Made by a program: the position numbers and the translations under genes. This document shows, in pieces, positions 58,260-64,000 of a DNA stretch of 64,000 nucleotides. How positions within the stretch are numbered: position 1 is the stretch's first letter; every line of letters begins with the position of its first letter. Source of the DNA: an uncultured virus (IMG/VR IMGVR_UViG_3300046536_000394) (taxonomy: Duplodnaviria > Heunggongvirae > Uroviricota > Caudoviricetes); IMG/VR virus record IMGVR_UViG_3300046536_000394. One strand, given 5' to 3'. The notes below the pieces were generated by a model. The model had not been told where the DNA came from. It was given only the letters and a program-made list of their open reading frames with translations, and ran no database searches.

Positions 58260-58835
58260 GGGTGCGTCTAAGCCCGAAAAGAAAAAGCCCACGGAGGGAA
58301 AAGATCCGACCGTGGGCTCTGTGAGCAAAAACTGCCTGCCAAGACAATTGACGAGATTTATAAGGGAAAATCCCTGATCGTTCAATAGTGAAGCGGCTCA
58401 CAGAGGCTTAAAAGCCCGGAAATGATGGGTCCGCTCGGTGGTTCCCGCCATTGTTTTGAAGCTTTGAGGCTTGAGTGACGCGGTTTCCAAGTGATTCGCC
58501 CGCGCTGCCGATCTTTTCCGGACCATGAATTGCTTTGCGGTGCTGATGCCTGGCTCATCAGACGGAATCGATCAGGCTTAGACCCCCTGCCGGGAACACC
58601 GCTTTTGCAAGGCGCCGGGAAACTCAACCAGATTATACCGAAGCCAAGACACGGCTTTCGCTCGTATTGCCCATAAATGATCGTGACGAGATCGATAAAA
58701 AGACTGGCAATGTTAGACGCAGTAGCGGCTGCGAAATCAAACCGAGGTTGAGATTAGGATGATTCCACGGATGCTTGGTGCTGAAGGGCTGCACCGGAAT
58801 AGACCGCGTCTCGCTGTGTTAGAGACGGTCTAAAA
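58260..58835. ncRNA. putative large structured non-coding RNA (strand uncertain)
   Basis: No credible ORF; several 9-10 bp perfect helices and a 10-bp loop-distal pairing. Confidence 0.55.
58277..58318 (-). terminator. possible intrinsic terminator on the minus strand
   Basis: AGCCCACGG/CCGTGGGCT stem followed on the minus strand by TTTTCTTTT. Confidence 0.5.
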
Positions 58836-58867
58836 TGATACCTGTACCCAATCGATAGAATAATCAT

Positions 58868-58920
58868 AAAAAGGTATACATTCCGCTTGCACCACTAACC
58901 CGGAATACGTATACATTTAT
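58868..58920 (+). promoter_or_regulatory. putative rightward promoter with two GTATACAT boxes
   Basis: TTGCAC-N17-TATACA at 58887-58915, upstream of the cro-like gene. Confidence 0.6.
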
Positions 58921-58947
58921 GTGACGGCTTAATCAGTGAGAGTTAGA

Positions 58948-59190
58948 ATGCGAATCAAACATACCGCTACAGACCTGGGAGATCGGACCGGTGTCGCCGC
59001 TTTGTCAGCGACGCTTTTCCTCAACGAAGTCGCGGAGAAATTGGGGCTTTCGCACATTGCTGTTCGCAAGTGGTCACGCATCCCCAATAAGCATCTCGAT
59101 GCCGTACACGAGATGTCCGATATCCCGCTCCACATCCTCCGGCCTGATCGTTTCGACATCAACGGGCCAATCGAAAAAACCAAATCATAA
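58948..59190 (+). CDS. Cro/YdaS-like HTH regulator
   Basis: EVAEKLGLSHIAVRKWSRIP...IPLHILRPD. Confidence 0.82.
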   Translation: MRIKHTATDLGDRTGVAALSATLFLNEVAEKLGLSHIAVRKWSRIPNKHLDAVHEMSDIPLHILRPDRFDINGPIEKTKS

Positions 59191-59194
59191 AGCT

Positions 59195-59430
59195 TTCCCT
59201 GCAACCGTCTTGACGCTTGGGCAGGGGCGACACCGTGCGGAGAAATTAGGCGACGATCCGGATTAGATACCCGGGAAATGGAGAGGGGCCGGTGGAGAGC
59301 TCACCGGTGCAGGGTTCCCAGGGTAAGCACATTCCCCCTGGGATGGAATTCATAACTCACCAAAATCGTCGCAAGTCGCCCATTTGTAGCACCGCGGGAA
59401 ACCAGAAAATGAAACACTTTTCTCCGATGG
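59195..59430 (+). ncRNA. putative multi-branched structured RNA or leader
   Basis: Nested helices CGGAGAAA/TTTCTCCG and GCGACGAT/ATCGTCGC enclosing three hairpins. Confidence 0.5.
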
Positions 59431-59453
59431 AGATTAAGAAGGGAAGCAATAAA

Positions 59454-60215
59454 ATGGCGAAGAAACCCGCCCCAGGCGCAGGCCACAACGGGACCGGACT
59501 TACCGAAGATCAGGAAAAGGTCTTTGTTGTCGAGCTTCAGAATTTCACGGATGCCGAATCCTCCATGGCGGAGAAAAAGGGTTCGATGTCCGGCATCATG
59601 AAGCGCCTCGAGTCCGCCGGCTTCACCCCGGAACACATCAAGTGGGCGAAGCGTCTGAAGAAAGAAAACGTCGCGTCCATCATCGGCGATCTGAAGATGA
59701 AGATCGGCATCGCGCGCTTGCTCGGCCACGCCGCCGGTCGCCAGCTCGATATCTTCGACGATCGCACCCCGCTCGAGGACGCCGCCTATCTCGAGGGCTT
59801 GTCCGACGGCAAGATGGGCGTCGCCAATGCGAACCCCTACGGCATGGATACCGCAGCCGGCCAGCGTTGGCAGCAGGGCAGCAACGAAGGCCACACGCTC
59901 CGGAACGCTTGGCTGAACGAAGCCATCAATGGCAAGCCTCCTGCAGCCGAAATCATCAAGGGCGACGCCGATGTTGAAGATGAGACCGAAGAAGCTGGCA
60001 ACGAAGCCGAAGCTGTCGCGGCTGTCGAAGTTGTTCAGGAAGCGCCCGCCGTGGCCGATATACCCTTCGCGGATGCCGCTGAAGACGCTGACACCGGCAA
60101 TTTGGGGCGGGGAGATGGTGTCGAGCGCGAAGAGGGCGCCGTTCCGGTGGAAGTAGCGCCGGCCGCCGCATCCGACGATTGGGACAACGAGACCCCGCCG
60201 CCTCGTGCGGCATAA
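59454..60215 (+). CDS. GapR-like N-terminus plus Rmf-like motif and acidic tail
   Basis: GHN...AGFTP...KRLKKE...ARLLG resembles DUF2312/GapR; AYLEG...NPY...W..G..EG resembles the Rmf/CrpP fold. Confidence 0.6.
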   Translation: MAKKPAPGAGHNGTGLTEDQEKVFVVELQNFTDAESSMAEKKGSMSGIMKRLESAGFTPEHIKWAKRLKKENVASIIGDLKMKIGIARLLGHAAGRQLDIFDDRTPLEDAAYLEGLSDGKMGVANANPYGMDTAAGQRWQQGSNEGHTLRNAWLNEAINGKPPAAEIIKGDADVEDETEEAGNEAEAVAAVEVVQEAPAVADIPFADAAEDADTGNLGRGDGVEREEGAVPVEVAPAAASDDWDNETPPPRAA

Positions 60216-60331
60216 GAATTAACCGGGCACCCCAAACGGCCGGTTAGTCAGTGCGTCAGGGGTGGATCTTAACGTCCGCATCGTGAGTCCACCCCTCCGC
60301 TACCCAAATTACCTCCCCTACAAGCGATCAG

Positions 60332-61126
60332 ATGACAAAAGCCATTTTCAAATCGGAAGCGGAGCTTTGCCGCGCCTTCATTTCGCAGCTCCCAAAGGGC
60401 TGGACCGCTTATGCCGAGTCTTGCAATTTCGATATCGTCCTGGCGCATGCCGACGGGACACAGATCGGCATCGAAGCCAAGCTTACCTTGAATGCAAAAG
60501 TCATCCTCCAGGCCGTCGATCGCACCACGAAGTATCGGGAAAAGGGGCCGGATTTCCGCGCCGTGCTTGTTCCGGCCGGGACAGCCGGACACGAGATGAA
60601 GGCAATTGCCAAGCTCCTCGGGCTCACCACGATCGAGATGAAGTCGAAAGAGCTCTATCTCGAGACAAAACGGAAGTACATGGAGAACGACAAGTTCACG
60701 CCGCACCTTCCCCTCGATCCTCGATCCGCATGGCGGGCCAATGATTACTGGATCGACTGCGCGCCGATCGACCGCCTGAAGCTGCCGGAATACGTTCCGG
60801 ATGTCACTGCCGGCGCCTCCGGCCCCTCGCAATTGTCCGAGTGGAAAATCAAGGCGATCAAGATCTGCGTTCTCCTCGAGAAAATTGGTTATGTCACCCC
60901 GATGGATTTTGCCGAAATCGGCATCGACCGCGGCCGCTTCGTCACCATGGGGTGGATCAAAATGAACCCGGAGAAGCGCGGCCACTATCTCCCAGGTTTC
61001 TGCGCCCTGGATCTCCGCCGCGCCCATCCGCGCAATTACGTTGAGATCGAAGCCCATTTCGAAAAGTGGAGGCCGAAAAAGGGCATCCCGCAGACTGTCA
61101 TCACCATTGAAGGGGAAACGGTATGA
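60332..61126 (+). CDS. PD-(D/E)XK-like phage protein
   Basis: AES..FDIVL...QIGIEAKLTLNAKV..QA. Confidence 0.65.
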   Translation: MTKAIFKSEAELCRAFISQLPKGWTAYAESCNFDIVLAHADGTQIGIEAKLTLNAKVILQAVDRTTKYREKGPDFRAVLVPAGTAGHEMKAIAKLLGLTTIEMKSKELYLETKRKYMENDKFTPHLPLDPRSAWRANDYWIDCAPIDRLKLPEYVPDVTAGASGPSQLSEWKIKAIKICVLLEKIGYVTPMDFAEIGIDRGRFVTMGWIKMNPEKRGHYLPGFCALDLRRAHPRNYVEIEAHFEKWRPKKGIPQTVITIEGETV

Positions 61127-61614
61127 GCATGTTTGAAGAGGCTTCGTTGAGATCCATGGCGTGCAGCGAATCGGCTCTCGCCATTGGGATAGCTGCGGAG
61201 CACTTGGTTTGCGCTGATTTGATTATCAAGGGCTACAAGGCTTTCTCCAGCGATCAAACCTCGCCGTACAACATCGTCGTCGATATGGGCGATCGACTAC
61301 TGCGGATCCAGGTAAAGGCGACGTGCTTCCCAAAGAATTTGAACGCGAACGGTAGGTCTAGCCGGATCGGCTACGGGTTCCATGTTCGCAGGCGCGGCAA
61401 GTTTCAAGATAAGCGTCTCGACGAAACGCATTGCGACCTGGTCGCCTTCGTGGCGATGGATATTTGCAAGATTGGATACCTACCCGTCGGCGAGTGCGGG
61501 CAGACATTCCAGGTCATGGGTCCGGGGTTTGAATTCAAAGGGAAAGTCAAGCGTAGCCGGATCGTTAGCATCGACAAGATGCCGTTCTCTGAAGCCGTTG
61601 CGAGGTTGCCATGA
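61123..61614 (+). CDS. PD-(D/E)XK endonuclease of the group I intron-associated type
   Basis: GIAAEHLVCADL..KGY...PYNIVVD...RIQVKAT...CDLVAFV. Confidence 0.75.
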   Translation: MSMFEEASLRSMACSESALAIGIAAEHLVCADLIIKGYKAFSSDQTSPYNIVVDMGDRLLRIQVKATCFPKNLNANGRSSRIGYGFHVRRRGKFQDKRLDETHCDLVAFVAMDICKIGYLPVGECGQTFQVMGPGFEFKGKVKRSRIVSIDKMPFSEAVARLP

Positions 61615-62204
61615 ACCACGCCGGTCCTCTTTTTAGCAATTGGCCATTCCAAGGTCTCGAGCCGAACGGCTACGATTTCCTCATGTGCGATCCGCCGTGG
61701 CGCTTCGAACTGCGATCGGAGAAGGGCGAAGAGAAGTCCGCCCAATCGCACTACGAGACCATGTCGCTCGAGGAGATCAACGAGCTGCCGGTCATGGATC
61801 TAGCCCGCAAGGACACGCTGCTATGGCTTTGGGCAACGGCCCCGATGCTGAACCAGCAATTGACCACGGTGCGCGCCTGGGGCTTCCGCTACTGCACTGA
61901 AGGCGTTTGGGTGAAGATGACGAAACACGGCAAGATCCACTTCGGAACCGGCTACGGGCTTCGTGGATCTCACGAGCCTTTCATCCTCGCCAAGCGCGGC
62001 AACCCCAAACTTACGAAGTCGACCAGGTCCGTCATCATGGGCAAGGTTCGCGAGCACAGCCGGAAGCCTGAGGAGGCTTATGAGGCCGCCGAAAAGCTGA
62101 TGCCTGGGGCGACTCGAGCCGATCTCTTTTCCAGAACCAATCGGCCAGGATGGACAGCCTGGGGCAAGCAAACCGGCAAATTCAACGTAGAGGAAGCGGC
62201 ATGA
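61611..62204 (+). CDS. MT-A70 family adenine methyltransferase
   Basis: CDPPW, HYETMS, LWLWAT, WGF.Y, GTGY, REHSRKP, DLFSR..RPGW.AWG. Confidence 0.93.
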   Translation: MNHAGPLFSNWPFQGLEPNGYDFLMCDPPWRFELRSEKGEEKSAQSHYETMSLEEINELPVMDLARKDTLLWLWATAPMLNQQLTTVRAWGFRYCTEGVWVKMTKHGKIHFGTGYGLRGSHEPFILAKRGNPKLTKSTRSVIMGKVREHSRKPEEAYEAAEKLMPGATRADLFSRTNRPGWTAWGKQTGKFNVEEAA

Positions 62205-62785
62205 AAATTATGTGTTTGGACCCTGCGAGCAAGCTCGGTTGGGCAGTTCATACCATCGGCGACACCTTCAGCGGCGTCGAGCTCGGGACAATCCACCTCG
62301 AGGGCAAGGGACCATTCGCCAAGGTCAAGGCGGTCCGGAAATTGCTGCCACCGCTGATCAAGAAATACCGTCCGGATTATGTCGCCTTCGAATCGCCGCT
62401 GCAGTTCATTCCGAAATACGAACGGACCAAGACCGACATCTTCGGCGAGGATGAGACGACGTCGACCATGAACGCCGGCACAACGCTGATGCTGAACCGG
62501 ATCTCCGGAGCGGTCCAGTGCGTCATCGAAGGCTTCGATATCCCCTGCGAGGAGGTGTTCCCGATCTCCTGGCAAAGCGTCATCGATAAGCGGATACCGA
62601 AGAAAAGCGCCAATGGCGACAAGATCTCGGTCAAAGAAAGGATCCGGATGATGTGCGATCTGAACCGCATCGTCGGCGGCAACCAGGACGCCAAAGACGC
62701 CGCCGTAATGTGCATATGGGCGGCGCAGAAAAGTCAAATACTCAAGCAAATCATGAACCATGGGATGGAGCTAGACCTCGTATGA
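62201..62785 (+). CDS. RuvC-like Holliday junction resolvase
   Basis: IMCLDPA..LGWA, PDYVAFESP, NQDAKDA. Confidence 0.8.
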   Translation: MKIMCLDPASKLGWAVHTIGDTFSGVELGTIHLEGKGPFAKVKAVRKLLPPLIKKYRPDYVAFESPLQFIPKYERTKTDIFGEDETTSTMNAGTTLMLNRISGAVQCVIEGFDIPCEEVFPISWQSVIDKRIPKKSANGDKISVKERIRMMCDLNRIVGGNQDAKDAAVMCIWAAQKSQILKQIMNHGMELDLV

Positions 62786-64000
62786 CGCAAGACGATTTGA
62801 ACGAACGCGCACCCGCCAACGCCTACGGCACGAACCGCGAGATGCCGAACAACATTGAAGCCGAACAGGCTTTGCTCGGCGCCTGCCTCATCAACAACGC
62901 CGCCTACGGCCAAGTGAATGAATTCCTGAAGGCCCAACACTTCTACGAGCCAATCCACCAGCAGATTTACGAAATCATTGGGGAGATCATTGTCGGCGGC
63001 AAGCGCGCCAACACCGCGATCGTCAAGAGCTTCATCAAATCGGACAAGCCGATCGGCGATATGACGGTATCGCAATATCTGGCTTCGCTGACCTCGAATG
63101 CCGTTTCCATCATCAACGCTCCGGATTACGCCCAAGCGATCCACGCCCTGGCGCTGCGCCGCGAGCTCATCGATGTCGGGACCGAAATCGTCAACACAGC
63201 GTTCGAATCCGGACCAAGCCATGACCCGAAGAAGCAGGCGGATGAGGCCGGCCAAAAGCTTTACCGGATGACGCAGACCAACGATGGCACAATCCAGACC
63301 TCCTATTCCGGTTCGGAGCTGACGAACGCCTACCTGAATTCGCTGTCGCGGGATCCGGCGAAACGTGGCAATCGCGGCGTTCCCATCGTGCTGCGCGAGA
63401 TCCAAACCGTGCTTTCGGAAGAGCGTTTTGAGCCAACGAACGCCTATAGCCTCGTGTCGAGCTCCGGCGAGGGAAAAACCAGTCTAACGATGCAGATCAT
63501 CGAGCACGCCGCAAGCCTGGGGCATCCCGTCGCGTTCTTCAGCTTCGACCAGAACAGCGTCCAATGCGTCCAGCAGATGGTTGCGCAGCGGATCGGCCTC
63601 GAGGTTCGCCGCCAGAAGGCCGGAGATCTCAACGATCGACAATATGAGGATGCCGCATCGGAAGGCATCAGGATCGGCCGGTTGCCCTTCAAGGTGTTCG
63701 AATGCAATTCGATGTTCGACACTATGGAAAAGCTGATCCCCAAGGCGGTTCAGTTCGTCAAGGACTGCAGCCGCAACCCGGCGACGGAAGGCAAGACGCC
63801 GCTATTCGTCTTCGACCACATGTCGGCGATCCCACCAGTCAAGGAAGTCCGCAACGCCGACGAAGGATCCAAGGCGCTGTCGATCGGCAATTACGGCAAG
63901 GCGTTAGGCAAGATGACGCAAGGTGCAACGCTCTTCCTGCAACAGCGCTCCGGATCTGGCGTCAAGCGGATTAACCCGCGGCCGATCCCTGCAGACCTTT
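62782..64000 (+). CDS. dnaB: DnaB-like replicative helicase (runs off the right window edge)
   Basis: Not in the ORF track; ATG at 62782, MPNNIEAEQALLGACL, HFYEPIHQQI, Walker A SSSGEGKTS, VAFFS, FVFDHM. Confidence 0.88.
   Translation, partial: MTQDDLNERAPANAYGTNREMPNNIEAEQALLGACLINNAAYGQVNEFLKAQHFYEPIHQQIYEIIGEIIVGGKRANTAIVKSFIKSDKPIGDMTVSQYLASLTSNAVSIINAPDYAQAIHALALRRELIDVGTEIVNTAFESGPSHDPKKQADEAGQKLYRMTQTNDGTIQTSYSGSELTNAYLNSLSRDPAKRGNRGVPIVLREIQTVLSEERFEPTNAYSLVSSSGEGKTSLTMQIIEHAASLGHPVAFFSFDQNSVQCVQQMVAQRIGLEVRRQKAGDLNDRQYEDAASEGIRIGRLPFKVFECNSMFDTMEKLIPKAVQFVKDCSRNPATEGKTPLFVFDHMSAIPPVKEVRNADEGSKALSIGNYGKALGKMTQGATLFLQQRSGSGVKRINPRPIPADL

Noticed and set aside
58554..58561. CTGATGAG on the minus strand as a hammerhead ribozyme core
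   Set aside because: No stem II followed by GAAA; the motif is itself paired in the CTGATG/CATCAG hairpin
58260..58600. RNase P or tmRNA identity for the structured region
   Set aside because: GAGGGAAAAGATCC and GGCTTA only loosely recall RNase P and the P4 pairing is absent; no tmRNA acceptor/T-arm or tag reading frame found
58382..58627. ORF-track 81-aa ORF as a CI repressor
   Set aside because: No HTH or S24 peptidase features, no RBS, unprotein-like composition
59260..59272. An rRNA gene fragment or contamination
   Set aside because: The match is limited to the 790 hairpin and the flanks do not continue as 16S; kept only as a mimicry hypothesis
1..64000. CRISPR array, diversity-generating retroelement, integrase or transposase
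   Set aside because: No regularly spaced direct repeats, no reverse transcriptase or template/variable repeat pair, and no recombinase or transposase motifs seen in this window

Overview
The whole window is one GC-rich tailed phage genome segment, probably infecting an alphaproteobacterium such as Rhizobiaceae (inferred from the GapR-like protein and gene content). It combines a lambda-like head/packaging module with a P2-like contractile tail. Layout: (1) 1-8.8 kb, a leftward cluster of small early-type genes including a DUF853/YjgR HerA-like ATPase, a dnaN sliding clamp and DUF932, separated by a repeated double-hairpin leader; (2) a lambda-like cos candidate at about 9.5 kb where gene direction flips; (3) 9.6-12.8 kb, accessory genes (Acb2/Tad1-like helical hairpin, acidic Ala/Asp protein, orphan BrnA) with structured spacers; (4) 12.9-45.7 kb, terminase, head, baseplate, tail, lysis cassette, a second fibre/SGNH-esterase module and a membrane-protein cassette; (5) 45.7-58.1 kb, a leftward operon with RecE/RecT-like recombination genes, Gp37/Gp68 and LuxR-HTH, headed by a ProQ/FinO gene; (6) 58.9-64 kb, a rightward operon (Cro-like, GapR/Rmf-like, nucleases, MT-A70, RuvC, DnaB). 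No integrase or CI repressor is visible in the window. The best candidate for an undescribed system is the switch region. Where cI would sit there is instead about 600 nt of non-coding, heavily base-paired, pseudoknot-capable sequence next to the ProQ/FinO gene. A second structured RNA after cro displays an exact copy of the 16S rRNA 790 loop. All protein calls come from motif recognition by eye, not from database searches.
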